64,000 nt of DNA from Pristiophorus japonicus. Lineage: Eukaryota. Shown piece by piece: positions 12,555 to 25,176 of the stretch. The stretch is taken from NCBI RefSeq assembly GCF_044704955.1, contig NC_091992.1, positions 55,180,001-55,244,000 of the forward strand. The letters run 5' to 3'. The translations under genes were made by a program, and so were the position numbers. Each line of letters opens with the position of its first letter. Position 1 is the first letter of the stretch. The notes under the pieces were generated by a model. It was not told the origin of the DNA. It was given only the letters and a program-made list of their open reading frames with translations, and ran no database searches.

Positions 12555-12710
12555 TTGAATGATAAGAGAGTCAAGGGTTATGGGGAGAGGGCAGGGAAGT
12601 GGAGTTGAGGCCAAGATCAGATCAGCCATGATCTTATTGAATGGCGGAGCAAGCTTGAGGGGTCAAATGGCCTACACCTCCTATTTTCTTATGTTCTTAT
12701 GTTATGTTCT
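12555..12710 (+). mobile_element. Short CR1 3' end
   Basis: GATCAGCCATGATCTTATTGAATGGCGGAGC...TTCTTATGTTCTTATG. Confidence 0.8.
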
Positions 12711-13007
12711 AGATTACAGGATCACTCCTTTAACACAGTCACAGTTATCACCATCATCCCTCTCTGTTCCATCAAAGTGGGTGACAGATTTTTTTTGTAC
12801 ATCAAACACCATTCCATATTTTGATACTGAAATTCTGTGTCCGACTCCTACCTCGAGTTTGACACATATTGATTTCAGGCACTAAAAACGGTTTGTTCTA
12901 AAAATGGAGAAGTTAAATTATAAAATAATTTTTGTAAATGTTAAAGATAAGAAATAATTATTCTCGGGCCTCACTCCTGATTTTCTTTCTGCCTCTTTGT
13001 TTTGTAG

Positions 13008-13104
13008 ATTTTACGGAATCATGTGATGGTGCGAGTGGGCGGGGGATGGGACACCCTGGAGCATTACCTCGACAAACATGACCCCTGTCGCTGCACATCG
13101 CTCA
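13008..13104 (+). CDS. GAS2L2: GAS2L2 internal coding exon (second half of GAR domain)
   Basis: Polypyrimidine tract + TAG|, |GTAAGT; 97 nt, phase 0-1; [32 protein letters not shown], the hallmark GAR motif. Confidence 0.96.
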
Positions 13105-13282
13105 GTAAGTGCCCGTTGGTCAGGAGCTGCTGACTAAAAATAAGGGGTAGGGAGACGGGAGGACTGACATGCAGCAGTAAATGCGAAAAACCGTCTTCTG
13201 TTCCAAATTCCAATCGCTTTGCTATCCAGTTGACACTTTAGAAATTCTTAGTCATTCAACTCAAATAACTGCCCAGAGACAT

Positions 13283-13482
13283 ATATCGCCATTCCTTCAT
13301 CGTCGCTGGGTCAAAATCCTGGAACTCCCTCCCTAACAGCACTGTGGGATGACCTTCCCCATACGGATTGCAGCGGTTCAAGAAGACGGCTCGCCACCAC
13401 CTTCTCAAGGGCAATTAGGGATGGGCAATAAATGCCGGGCCTTGCCAGCGATGCCCACATCCTGAAAATTAATTTAAATAAA
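13283..13482 (+). mobile_element. LINE 3' end (WNSLP-type tail)
   Basis: TGGAACTCCCTCCCT = WNSLP; tail GGCAATAAATGCCGGGCCTTGCCAGCGATGCCCACATCC matches the tail of the SINE at 32410-32800. Confidence 0.7.
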
Positions 13483-13549
13483 GACCAGTGTAAGGGAACC
13501 AATTGAAAGATCCAGCTTACTTTGGCCTGGTTGTGATCTGCAAATACCC

Positions 13550-13930
13550 AGGGGAAGAAATTCGGGGCATTTGCGCTAACGGGACACGGCCCTGCTACCA
13601 ACTCCCGCAAAATTCCGCAAGAGTTTAGCGGCGGTGGTAACCGGTAGCGCCCCGCTCCGTTGTGCCGGCGATGACGTCATCACCGTGCGCAGCGATCCGT
13701 TTTCTCCCCGGAGCAAAATCGAGGCGGTACCGAAGTTCTCCCCCTCTGTTCAGTAACCCTATCACCTTTCACCCTTCACCTTTCACCCTTCTTCAGGCAT
13801 TAGACCTCTTACCGCCATCATTCGACTGAACGGGGGCATGGGGGGGGGGGGGGATGTAAGGTGGGGGTGGGGGGGTGTCAATCCGTTGCTGCCCAATTTG
13901 TGCCCCCAGCGTAATTGAATTTTATCTCCC
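13550..13930. mobile_element. CpG-rich MITE remnant
   Basis: GGGGAAGAAATTC ... GAATTTTATCTCC imperfect TIRs; internal similarity to family A. Confidence 0.55.
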
Positions 13931-14196
13931 GCTAATCAGAACCAGTCGGCATGGATTTCTAAAGGGAAGGCCGGGCAGAACCAATCTTCGAGAACTCTCT
14001 GAATAACAGATAAGGGCATTGCATTGGATGTGTATATATTAATTTACAAAAAAACACTTGATATGTTACTACTTAAGAGATTTATTACAAAGATAATGGA
14101 ACGTGGAATTAAGGAGGATCGGGAGATGGGTTAAAGAGCAAAGGAGCTGGGAAGTTTCTTAGACTGAATCGATGCTGTGACGGTGTTTGACAGGTG

Positions 14197-14584
14197 CGGT
14201 GAATGACTAGGGTAGAGGAGCGGAGAGAGATTGGGGCACACGAGCGACATGATCGGGGATCAGGAGAGGCGCAAGTTTGGGGCCCAGAAGAGGCGAGGCC
14301 TTGGGCAGCATGGGTCAGCCCACACTGCGTGCAGCAGAGCTGGTCTCCAGTCATCTTGGTTAACCCTTGCCACTGGGCCAAGACCTAACTCTGTCAAGCC
14401 CATGTGGTGGCTGGTGTGCAACGGCCACCACACGTTAAAAATTCCACGCACAGACATCTTCCACCCTTCAACATGTAGTTTGCGACCTGGAATATCAGGT
14501 CCTCATTGAAACACCTGTGAACTCATCCTTTTTTGGTGTGGAAGCAAGTCATCCTCGATTCGAGGGACTGCCTATGAGAGAGAA
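14197..14584 (+). mobile_element. Non-coding retroposon with RTE-type 3' tail and 8-bp TSD
   Basis: TSD GACAGGTG at 14189-14196 and 14585-14592; tail GGAAGCAAGTCATCCTCGATTCGAGGGACTGCCTATGA equals the 3' end of the RTE copies at 37595, 57655, 58505. Confidence 0.8.
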
Positions 14585-14713
14585 GACAGGTGTCTGCATT
14601 GTGCCGCTGTTATCTATTATATATACATCAATCATCTGGAGATAGCAATTGAGAACAATGTTGAAATTACCCATAACTAAATTATGGGTATGACAAATTA
14701 TGAACAAGACTGT

Positions 14714-15941
14714 GGGCTCAAGTTTCAGCCTGAGTTGCTCCTATTTTTTTGGAGCAACTAGTTTAGAATGGAGCATCTTAGAATTTGCAATTCTCGGCAT
14801 TTAGTTTGCTCCAGTTCTAGTGAGTTAGAATAGTTTCATTTTAGAACAGATTTTTTTTCAAAAAGGGGCGTGTCTGGCCACTTAGGCCTGTTTTGTAAGT
14901 TTAGGCAGCGAAAACTTACTCCAAACTAACTTAGAATGGAGTAAGTGTAGATTTTTGTACGCTCAGAAAAACCTTGCAAACACTTTATAAATCAGGTGTA
15001 AGGAACGAGAGATGGGGGGGGGGGGCTGGGGGGAGTTTACAAGCATTAAACACTTCACTTTTACAAATAAAGAGCCATCATCAATAATAAATGATAAATA
15101 AATGAATAAATCAACCAATAAATCAATCAAAAATAATTAAAAAATAAAAATAATAAAAAATCACTCAATAAATAAAACATTATTTCTACTCACCTACTGC
15201 AGCACCAGGGAGAAGAGAGAGGGGGGAGAAGAGAGGAGGTGGGGTGGGGGAGAAGAGAGAGGGTGGGGGAGAAGAGGGGGGGAGAGAAGAGGGGGGAGAG
15301 AAGAGGGGGGTAGAGACTATGAATGGGGGAGGGGGAAGATGAACGAGGGGGGGGGAAGATGGACGGGGGGTGGGAGATGAACGGGGTGGGGGGGGGAAAG
15401 ATGAATGGGGGGGGGAAGATGAATGAGGGGAGGAGGGGGGAAGATGAACGGGGGGAGGAGGGGGAAAGATGAACGGGGGGAGGAGGGGGAAGCGAAGAAG
15501 CTGAACGGGCCCCGCCGAGGACTTCAGATGCCGGCCGCTGCTGCCGACTCTTCGGGCGGGGCCCGGCCCCAGCGACAGACCAGGCGGGTGGGCCCCGCCA
15601 CTGACGAGATAAGCGGTGTCAGGCCACTCGGCCGGGGATAGGAGCGATGTCCCTTCGGCCAGAGATAGGGTCGTCGCCCGGAGACAGGACGCGCTGGGAG
15701 GGCCAGGAGTTAGTGCGCACGCGCGCAGCCTCCACTGCGCATGCGCGCGGCTGCCGGCACTGTTTTTGGTGCGGGGCTGTAGCTCCGCCCCCAGCAGCTC
15801 CTGCTGCGCCACGCCAAGGTGGAAACGGGCCTACAGCTATCTGAGAATTGCGAGGTTAGTATTCGGCGCGATTTTTGTTCTACAAATTAGGCGGGACTCT
15901 CCGATATGCGCCGTTCTAGTGCGTGTCCGAAACTTGAGCCC
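14714..15941. mobile_element. Intact Harbinger-type MITE, 1228 bp
   Basis: Perfect 13-bp TIR GGGCTCAAGTTTC / GAAACTTGAGCCC; 3-bp TSD TGT (14711-13, 15942-44); host CR1 resumes across it. Confidence 0.9.
15210..15495 (+). repeat. G-rich low-complexity array (GGGGGAAGATGAACG / GGGGGAGAAGAG units) inside the MITE
   Basis: Direct reading; many G4+ runs. Confidence 0.85.
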
Positions 15942-16688
15942 TGTGAGAGGTGTAGGAAGGTTGATGTTGGCAGGATGGGCAGAGCGTTGGCAGATACAGT
16001 TTAATGCAAAGAAATGTGGAAAAAAGAAGAGGGGAAGGCAGTGGAGCTTAAATGGTAAGATTTTAAATGGAGTAGAGGAACAGAGGAACTTTGGTGTGTA
16101 GATACACAGGTCTTAAAGGCGGCAGTACACGTAGTTAAGGACATAAAAAAACGATGGGACAGAATCCATGGTTTTATATCTATAGGCACTGAATATAAAA
16201 GGAAGGAGATAATATTGAACTTGTACAGGACCTTAACTAGGCTGCAGTTGGAATATTGTGTGACGTTTTGGGCACCCTATTGTAGGAAGGATGTAAAAGC
16301 AATGGGAGTGTAAATTGACTAAGATGTTACCAGGGATGAGGGATTACAATTATGAAGACTTGCAAAGTTAGGACTTTTTTTTAACTAGAGCTGAGAGGCT
16401 AGAGGGATGAGCTGAGGGAGATCTTCAAAATTATGAGGGGTTCAATAGCAATAGATTGTTTCCTCTGTTCAGTGAGGCAGTAATGGAAAAGCACAACTTT
16501 AAGATAATTTATGCGCAATGATTGGGTTCCGCGGCACACCCAGTGCCCCAACAATTTCAGGAACACTGGCACACACCCGGCCACACAGACACAGCTGCCA
16601 CACAGACACAGATTACAAACAGACATGATCACAGACGCTATCGCCAGGGATTCCCTCGGGGAAGGGGGGAAGCTCCCCGATTGGTCGC

Positions 16689-17742
16689 TGTAACATTAGT
16701 GGAAACTGCGTATATAATATATGCACCTGTGAGTATGCTCACAGGTTTGTCAAGCTATTGTGAGTCCTCCCTCTATTTATCGGGGACTTGGCCTGGAGGG
16801 TGGTGCACGGAGCAGTCCCGTGCAATAAGTGTTTAAGTCGGTTCACGGGCTCCCAGGCCGCCTGCAATTTCTGTGGTCTGGAGGAGTCCATGTTCCATGT
16901 TTTTATTGAATGTGCGAGGTTGCAGCCCCTATTCCATTATTTGAAGGGGCTGTTCCTCAAATTCTGGTTGCACTTCAGTCCCACACTCCTGATATTTGGG
17001 CACCCTGTGCGGAGGAGAGCGAGCAGGTTGGAAGGTCTCCTCGTTGAACTGCTCCTGGGCACGGCCAAGGGGGCCATCAGCCGGTCCAGGCAGTGGGCAG
17101 TCGAGGGGGTCGTTCAGCCTGACTGCCTGCCTCTCTTCCGCGGTTACATCTGAGCCAGGGTGTCCCTGGAGATGGAGCACGCAGTGTCCACCGGTACGCT
17201 CGTGGCCTTCTGTGAGAGGCAACCAAATTTTAATTTGACCGTTTATATTTAAAAAGTTTTATTGGTTAATATGTCGGTTCGAGAGCCCCTTTAATAAGGG
17301 GGCCTTTGATTTATTGTTTTACACCAAAATAGTTGTAGAGCTGTTGCGAGAGGTGGGCACCGGAGGGATTGGAGTGCATCATCACCCCTGGCAACCAAAT
17401 TTTAATTTGACTGTTTAATGTCCAAAGTTTAATTTGTTAATTTGTCGGTTCTAGTGCCCCTTTAATAAGGGGGCATTCGGATTTATAGTTTAATTAAAAT
17501 AGTTGTAGAGCTGTTGAGTTTGGAGTGGCTTAGCCACTCACGTGATGTTCACAAGACTCAATAAAACCCCAGCCAGTTGTGTTCAGGGGATCCAAGATGA
17601 GGCAGGTGGTTGTGAGCCTACTGGATGGACTGGTAATGTGTAGTGTGATTGTTAAACCTTTGCTAATAAACCAACTAGTTCTTAATAGCAATGTGTTGCT
17701 ATGAATTTTTAAGCAAAGAACCCATGAAGCAAATACATTACA
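16689..17742 (+). mobile_element. Solo LTR interrupted by a Tx1/L1 fragment
   Basis: TGTAAC...ATTACA termini; AATAAA at 17560 and 17665; no clean TSD seen. Confidence 0.55.
16768..17515 (+). mobile_element. Tx1/L1-clade LINE 3' end (ORF2 CCHC zinc knuckle) with tandemly duplicated 3' UTR segment
   Basis: WRVVHGAV...CNFCGLEESMFHVFIEC (CX2CX7HX4C); 17218-17347 is repeated at 17389-17516. Confidence 0.8.
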
Positions 17743-17874
17743 ACGGGTAAACGGCGTGAACAAGATTTATGCTGATTCCCCAGTGAAATTCCTGTTGATC
17801 GGCTATTGAGTCACCCAGATGCCAATAGATTCACAATGATCGACTAATGACGTCATCCATTGAATCCTTAACAG

Positions 17875-18184
17875 CTCACAAGCAGGTGTCCAGATTCAGC
17901 AGCCCGCACAGGTCCGCCACCCCTGTCCACGAGATCAAGGCTCGCTTGCCACCGAGGACAGAGCAGACCAACAAGCCGCAGACAGCGCTCATCCTGTCAA
18001 GATCTCAAAGTCCCATGCCTCCGGTGGAGTGGAGACGACCCACGCCGTCTGCTCTTTCTCTGAGGAGCCACAGTGCTGCCGTCCGGCCCCCATCGCTAGA
18101 TGTTCCCGCCACCTCTGGAGGCAGCTCAGCCACAAGGAGGAATCCTCGGGATAAGTCCGAGCCACGGCAACTCTTTCCAACCAG
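17875..18184 (+). CDS. GAS2L2: GAS2L2 internal coding exon (start of Ser/Pro-rich tail)
   Basis: CAG|CT..., AG|GTAGGG; phase 1-2 bridges the flanking exons exactly; HKQ...PVHEIK...LILSRSQSPMPPVEWR resembles the GAS2L2 SRSQSPxPPVDW segment as I recall it. Confidence 0.9.
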
Positions 18185-18344
18185 GTAGGGGAATAGAATC
18201 ACGCTTTAAACACAGTAAGGATGGCTGTTCTACTGAGAGAGGTCTATTGAATAGCAACGGCACCCTGCTGCTTTCGATCGGCGTATTTTCATACATCGCG
18301 ATATATTTAGTGTAAGTCTTCACCACATTCTGTTTGTTAGAACT

Positions 18345-18520
18345 TTCATGACCTCAGGTCGCCCCAAGGCGCTCTAAAACCAACGCAGTACTTTTGAAAC
18401 GTACATGTCGGATATGTAGCGGCCAGTTGCACACAGCAAGCTCCCTGAAACAGGATTGAAACAACAGATCATCTCTTTTCGGTGTTGGTTGAGGGATAAA
18501 CATTGGCTTAGGACACCAGC
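18345..18520 (-). mobile_element. DeuSINE 3' fragment
   Basis: GCACACAGCAAGCTCCC...GGTTGAGGGATAAACATTGGC..GGACACC is the reverse complement of the SINE core. Confidence 0.65.
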
Positions 18521-18841
18521 AGTCCGAAATTGACCTCCGAACGAAACGGGGCACACCCACTGATTCCTTTGGCGATTTACCGTCCCAATCGTTGGGGCGG
18601 TGTTTCAAAATTATTCTCTGGCGGGGCGGTGAAGCGCATCTGTGGCGGGGCGGGCGGACTCATGAGTGCCGCGCTGACCCATGGTAATTTCCCACACGGG
18701 GCGAAAAGGGGTCGGCACATAGCTGACGGGGAGGGGGGGGGGGGGCACACAAACGGGCCGGGAACGTCCACCGCCCCCAAAATGAAGGAGGGCAATTTTG
18801 CAAATATATCTTTTTTTTTTAAAGCTGCAATTTCAGCCCCC
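18520..18841. mobile_element. CpG-rich MITE remnant
   Basis: GTCCGAAATTG ... CAATTTCAGCCCC termini. Confidence 0.55.
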
Positions 18842-19994
18842 AGGAGAATTCTCCTTCTCTTCAAATAGTGCCACAAAGGATGCTCTGATGATGGGACTCT
18901 ATGTGAATGTTGACTGTACGTGGTATATAAAGCTAACACGAATCTGCTGTCAATGAGAAATCCAGCACTGAAAATTTCCCACTGTGATGATAACACTACA
19001 GGACGTGTGATGGGCTGGGCCTTCCACCCACCCGACTAGCTCGACAATGGCCTAGATTTTGCGTACACCATCGTAAGCATTGACAGTGTCCCTAATTCAA
19101 ATTTTACAAGTTCATGTGAGGGTGCGCAGGACTGTTTGGGAACTCACTTGCTCAAATCTGCTTCTTAAAAGAAGATACATTTTTTTAAATGCCTTTTTTG
19201 CATATCGTGTCCGCGCCAGCCGACAAAGAGCCACACGGCCCTCGGTCAGCAGCCCTGAAGGTTACCTATAAACCAATGAACAATGAACAATTGGCGAACA
19301 GGTAAAGAGCACCCAGCCCAACCAGTCCGCCCCACACAACTGCGATACCCCCTGCACCACAACATTCTACTCTCCACCCCAGCCATGTGATCTCCTGGGA
19401 GAGGCAAAAATCCAGATAAAAAAACCCAGGCTTTTTTTTGCTTTTTGGCCCCAAGTATGAGTTGATTTTGTTTCATTTTATCATTTCTATGCTTATTTCC
19501 TCCCCGCAAACCCCCCCCCCCCCAATACTTGTCTTCATTACCCTCGGTTACTGCAAATTTCAACGTGGCACCGTACAAAACGGTCTCGACTGGTGTTGTT
19601 TTGGGGGTTCCAAACACATTGAGGTAGAAGAATTCATCAGGGGCAACAGGAACAGGTACAATAACCCTTGAGGCACGATGGCCTTGAGCCACTACCCTGG
19701 GACCCGCACCTGGACATGTCCTCATCGACTCCTCCTCACAAGACTGCGTGGCACAGAGCTATGCCGCCTGCTGGCCTGTGATTGGAGATGGCCCTTTGTA
19801 GAATTGATGGGCATCATGGCGTGACACTTTCATGCTGCCACACCCACCCATGCCACCCTAGCAAGCATCTGCTGCATGAGGTAGTGCACACACACATCAG
19901 TGAGAACTGTCATGTTTCCAGTGGACAACGTCTTCATCACGTTTCCTGTGGAAAGGTAACAACAGCTGACAGCTTTCAATAAGAAACATTTGAG

Positions 19995-21120
19995 ACATAG
20001 GATTATATGGACAGGAGTAGGCAATTCAGCCCCTCGAGCCTGTACTGCCGTTCAATTGGCTGATCTGTATCCATTTACCCACCTTGGTTCCATAAGCCTT
20101 AATACCCTTGCTGAACAAAAACCTATCAATCTTAATTTTGAAATGTTCTATTGCCCCCAAGCTCAACAGCTTTTGGGGGAGAGAGTTCCCGATTTCCACC
20201 AACCTTTGTGTGAAGAAGTGCGTCATGACATCATCCTTGAACTGACTAGCTCTAATTTTAAAACTTTTCCCTCTTGTTCCAAACTCCCCCACCATTTAAG
20301 GAGGGATATACTTGCATTGGAGGCAGTTCAGAGAAGGTTCACGAGGTTGATTCCTGAGATGAAGGGGTTGTCTTACGAAGAAAGGTTGAGCAGATTGGGC
20401 CGATACTCATTGGAGTTTAGAAGAATGAGAGGTGATCTTATTGAAACGTATAAGATTCTGAGGGGGCTTGACAGGGTCGACGCAGAGAGAATGTTTCTCC
20501 TCGTGGGGGAATCTAGAACTAGGAGGCATAGTTTCAGAATAAGATTCCATTTAAAACAGAAATGAAGAATTTCTTCTCAGAGGGTTGTGAATCTTTGGAA
20601 TTCTCTACCCCAGAGAGCTGTGGAGGCTGGGTCATTGAATATATTTAAGGTGGAGATAGACAGATCTTTAAATGATAAGGGAGTCAAGGTTTACGGGGAA
20701 CAGGCAGGGAAGTGAAGTTGAGGCCAAGCTCAGATCTGCCATGATCTTATTGAATGCCGGAGCAGGCTCGAGGGCCAAATGGCTGAATCCTGCTCCTATT
20801 TCTTATGTTCTTATGGCTACCCTTTAAATCCTTTAGTCATCTTTAAACACCTTAATGATATTATCTTCTATGGTCAAGGAAATACAAGCCTAGTCTATGC
20901 AACTTGTCTTCATAATTTAACCCTTTTAGCCCCAGTATTGTTCTGGTGAATCAGCGCTGCTCCCCCTCAGTGGTCAATATATCCTTCCTCGGGTGCTGAA
21001 GGAACTGAACCACAGCTTTATATAACTGTACCATACCATCCACCCCTTTGTATTCCAGCTCCCTTTAGATAAAGACCAACATTCCATTTGCTTTTGAAAT
21101 TATTTTTGTACATGTCCACG
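19995..21120 (-). mobile_element. Antisense CR1 3' part with a younger sense CR1 3' end (about 20292-20815) nested inside
   Basis: - ORF 20026-20295 TRGKSFKIR..FFTQRLV; + ORF LRRDILALEAVQRRFTRLIP; antisense copy resumes about 20816. Confidence 0.85.
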
Positions 21121-21280
21121 AGTTGTACCCTTGAATGTCAAGTGCACTTGAAACCCATATGAGCAGTAGGTCACTCTTCACATCAAACCCACGGCCTTCC
21201 TGAAAAGAAATATTTGGCACTTAATGTTCAGGTAGCATCTTAACACGGGAACATCACCATGCCCAAAAGCAAACATTAAT

Positions 21281-21854
21281 GGGCTGGATTTTCGGCTTTG
21301 ATGATTTTGGGGCGGTAATGGTGGTGGGGCGGTAAAGTTTGTGCCTCGGAACAGTTTGCACCTCAGTAAGTAACATTGGGCAGCTGGGCCCTGAGTCAGA
21401 GGGCGCAGCGCTAAGGGACGCGTTGTACACCTCTCTCGGGCGCTAGGATGGGAACCTCCCGAGTTAACGAGCCGGGCTGGGAGCGCTCTGAGAGACGCCT
21501 GGGGAGAAAAAAAAACCTAAAATAAAACCCACAAAAACATTCCCAATACATTGCCCATGCTACCACAACACAAATCGCAAACAAATTAAAAGAAAAAGCA
21601 ATCACACTTACATTAGGGTCTATTACTTACCTCCATGCTATCGGTATCATTGGACTGCCTGATTTCCCAGGCGGTCACTCCGGGGCGTGCTGTGGGGCGG
21701 ACGGGTCAGGCAGGAGTTCAAACTCGCAACCAGGGGCGTTGCACACCGGGCGCAGCTCTCCCGGGCTCAACCGCCCGCCCAGAACACCTCACCACCACCA
21801 GTGCCGCCGCTCCGGGGTGAAAAACGGAGCGGAGAGGACCCGGAAATCCATCCC
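21281..21854. mobile_element. CpG-rich MITE
   Basis: TIR GGGCTGGATTTTC / GGAAATCCATCCC. Confidence 0.7.
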
Positions 21855-22586
21855 AAATTGCATATAAAATTACCCTGGCTTTATACCCACATCTCTCTTT
21901 TTGCCAAAGTTAGTGAATGGAAGGAATAAAACCATATTATAATTTTTATACCCACACTACCCATCCCAATAGGATGTTAAAGCTAACTGATGAGCCGTTA
22001 TCGGTGAGAGAATTAATTATCTTACATTATGAAAGAATGAAGCTTTCAACTGTGGAGCATTTATTTTTATATAGCCGCGACTCTCTGTGGGCTCTGATTG
22101 AATGCAGTTAACGACAAGGAACAGCAGCTCTTTGAGGTTATTTTCCAGGAAGCTGGTGATTTCCCTGCGAGATTGTTAAGTTTAATCATGCCACCGCTCA
22201 TTCTGTTAATAAAACGTCCAATCTGTGGGGGACGTAACCTCCAGCAACAAGAAGATGAGATGAGACAAAGTTCCAAGTGCGGCCTTGCCCCGGCAGTGCT
22301 GTGATGCTGCTGTTTTCCTGTGTACGAGTGCCTGAGCCTTGATTTTCTCTCTGTCCTTCTGTTGTTTCCTGTACAGTTCTGACCTCTCAATCTCCCGACT
22401 CCCACAACTATTATGTTGAGTGCAAGATACAGTTAGAAACAGAAGTGCAGTCTGTAAATGTCTAAAGGTTTCCAGATCAAAGGCGCTCTTTGCCCTTCCC
22501 AGCATGACAGGCAAGCCTAAGTCCATTAAGGAGACATTGCTGCCTGAATGGGAAGTTTGTATACATACTGAACTCCTGACAGCCAT

Positions 22587-22970
22587 GTCAGCTGTGGCTC
22601 AGTGACTAGTACCCTCACCTTTGAGTCAAAAGGTTGTGGGTTCAAGCCCCACTCCAGAAACTTAAGCACAAAAATCTAGGTTGGTACTCCACTGCAGTAC
22701 TGAGGGAGAACTGCACTGTTGGAGGTGCTGTCTTTTGGATGAGACATTAAACAGGTCTGCTCTCTCGCTCATGTAAATGATCCCATGGAACTATTTTGAA
22801 GAAGAGCTTTGGCCAATATTTATCCCTCACTCAACATCACAGATAACAGATTATCCGATCATGTTCACAATGCTGTTTGTGGGATTTGCTATGTGCAAAT
22901 TGGCTGCCACTTTTCCTGCATTAAAACAGTGACTGCACTTTAACAGTACTTCATTGTGTGAAAGCATTGA
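22587..22970 (+). mobile_element. DeuSINE
   Basis: GTCAGCTGTGGCTCAGTG head, GGGTTCAAGCCCC B-box, Deu core. Confidence 0.85.
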
Positions 22971-22971
22971 T

Positions 22972-23248
22972 CATACACGCGTGCCACACACACACACACA
23001 CACACGCGCGCCAAGCACACGCGCGCGCCACACACACGCGCGCCAAGCACACACACACACATGCGCACCAAACACGCACACACATGCATGCCAAACACAC
23101 ACACACACACACACACACACGCGCGCCAAACACACACGCGCGCGCGCCAAACACGCACACACACTCACGCGCCAAACACACACACACGCGCGCCAAACAC
23201 GCACACACACGCCACACACACACACACACTCACGCGCCAAACACACAC
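22972..23248. repeat. Compound (CA)n(CG)m microsatellite with CCAAA spacers
   Basis: Direct reading; explains the HT/VC-rich ORFs. Confidence 0.95.
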
Positions 23249-23782
23249 CGCCCCCCCACCCACTGCCCCGAGTGGGCCTATCTCGATCACCCTGAGCACC
23301 CAAACGTCCTTCCAAACCAACCCGTCTCAGTCCTGGATGAAATTCACACAATGAATCTTAATCCATTGAGGATCAGCCTGCCCCAATTGGTGAATCCGCT
23401 ATTTCGATTTCAAGTCAGCAAGCAGAAATAAACAAACCGCTGAATAAACTTTTACATACGTATTGGTATTTCTGATTTGCAGGAATGGCTTTATTTAGAA
23501 ATTAAACTATGTTTTGTGGGGGTGGGCGAGTCCAAGCATTTAGAAGTGAGTGTGGGAATCTAGCTAAAGGGGCCAAGCTAAATTGAACCAAAAGGAATGA
23601 TCGTAGGGGTCTCAGGGACAGGGGACGCAAAGGAACAAATCTTTCTAACTAGACGTGGAGCCATAAATGGGGACCTACTGAAAGTAAACATGAATGACAG
23701 GGTTAGTTTTTCACATAATTTTCTCCCATCCTGACCTGAAGCTACAAGTCTTGGTTTAGATGGTGGCTGCCCTGTGGTACAT

Positions 23783-24132
23783 GAGAACATAAGAAATAGG
23801 AGCAGGAGTAGGCCATACGGCCCCTCAAGCCTGCTCCGCCATTTAATATGATTATGGCTGATCCGATCATGGACTCAGGTCCACTTCCCTGCCCACTCTC
23901 CATAACCCCTTATTCCCTTATCCTTTAAGAAACTCTCTATTTCTGTCTTAAATTTATTCAAATACCCAGCTTCCGCAGCTCTCTGAGGTAGCGAATTCCA
24001 CAGATCCACAGCTCTCTGAGAGAAGAAATTTCTCCTCATCTCAGTTTTAAAAGGGCGACCCCTTATTTTAAGATTATGCCCCCTAGTTCTAGTCTCCCCC
24101 ATCAGTGGAAACATCCTCTCTGCATCCATCTT
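23783..24132 (-). mobile_element. CR1 3' end, antisense
   Basis: ORF 23875-24180 DAERMFPLMGETRTRGHNLKIRGRPFKTEMRRNFFSQR. Confidence 0.9.
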
Positions 24133-24479
24133 GTTCATCTGTCCATCCTTCGTGTGAACCTGCATACTAAGTACTGGCATGCTATGACAGCTGAGCTGAC
24201 CTTGTGCTCCTCAGTGCCCTCACAAGTACAGCAGTTTTTGGCTCCTGTTAGTTTGCTCTTCTTAGGGTAGGGTGCTGACACCAATTGTAGTGATTCGCCC
24301 AGCAAGCTTTGACACCAATGAAGTCATTGGAGACCAGAATCTAACCTGAGGCCTTCCTGATCTGTGAAGAGTGTCAAACATCATACCAGGGTCGACAGAC
24401 TCTGCAGGGCACACCCACCTCACTGATATCTGCAAGTAAATATCTCAAAAATTAGTAAAATGCAGCATTATCATATTAT

Positions 24480-25176
24480 GGGCGAGGCATTGGGAGCATT
24501 TGCAAATGACCTCGACGCCCGCCATATTGGACAGGAGTTTAGCGGCGGCACTCAGCATTACGCCTCGATCTCCTGCGCCCGGAGGTCATGATGTCATCAC
24601 CGCGCGCGCCGCCCCGTTAGTGCCCCGGACCCGAACTTCATCTTTGCCCCCTGTGGCAGCACCGGGCGCAAACACCGGCAGCTGCAGGAGACACGGCTCG
24701 GGCGGCCGGTCGTGACCGGGGCAGTGATTCAAGGCCAGGTGGCCGAGGTAAGTAAAAAAACAAAATTACCATTATCGTTGCCGTTTTCTTCGCGGGTTCC
24801 TGTCTGCGATTATTCAGCCTGGCACGCTGCCTGAGTCCCGGGCTGATCACGCAGGATCGCCGTGGTCTTGGTGGTCCAGGTAGGTGATTTTTAAATTGCA
24901 GAGCCTGCCGCGATGGCCCTTCCCTTTAAGGGAGGGAAGGTCCCCTTGTACACGGCAGTGCTGCACGGCCCAGTGTGCAATGCTGCCAAAGCCTCCGCCC
25001 GCCTTCATGCTTCAGCGCTCCAAGAGGGAAGTGGAGCGCTTGATTTATCGCTCCATTTCTGTCTTGGAGCGTTGGGCCAATTTTTTGAAAGCCGGGAAGC
25101 AGTAGCACCTGGCGCTAAGTTTCCCAGCATTCAAAAATTACCGCCCCCAAATGGGGCAATAATGAATTTCGTCCCC
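24480..25176. mobile_element. CpG-rich MITE, family A
   Basis: Colinear with 3491-4235; ends GAATTTCGTCCCC. Confidence 0.75.

Larger units (their letters stand above)
13935..16505 (+). mobile_element. Old CR1 RT fragment, split by an RTE-tailed SINE and a MITE
   Basis: CAGCATGGATT-like QHGF region at 13945; LAGWAERWQIQFNAKKC; CAGTTGGAATATTGTGTG = QLEYCV; colinear once the inserts are removed. Confidence 0.75.

Noticed and set aside
17865-17874. TCCTTAAC as a U12 (minor spliceosome) branch site
   Set aside because: It abuts the AG directly, and the upstream donor is GTAAGT rather than GTATCCTT
22940-23431. His/Thr- and Val/Cys-rich ORFs
   Set aside because: Translations of the (CA)n/(CG)n microsatellite
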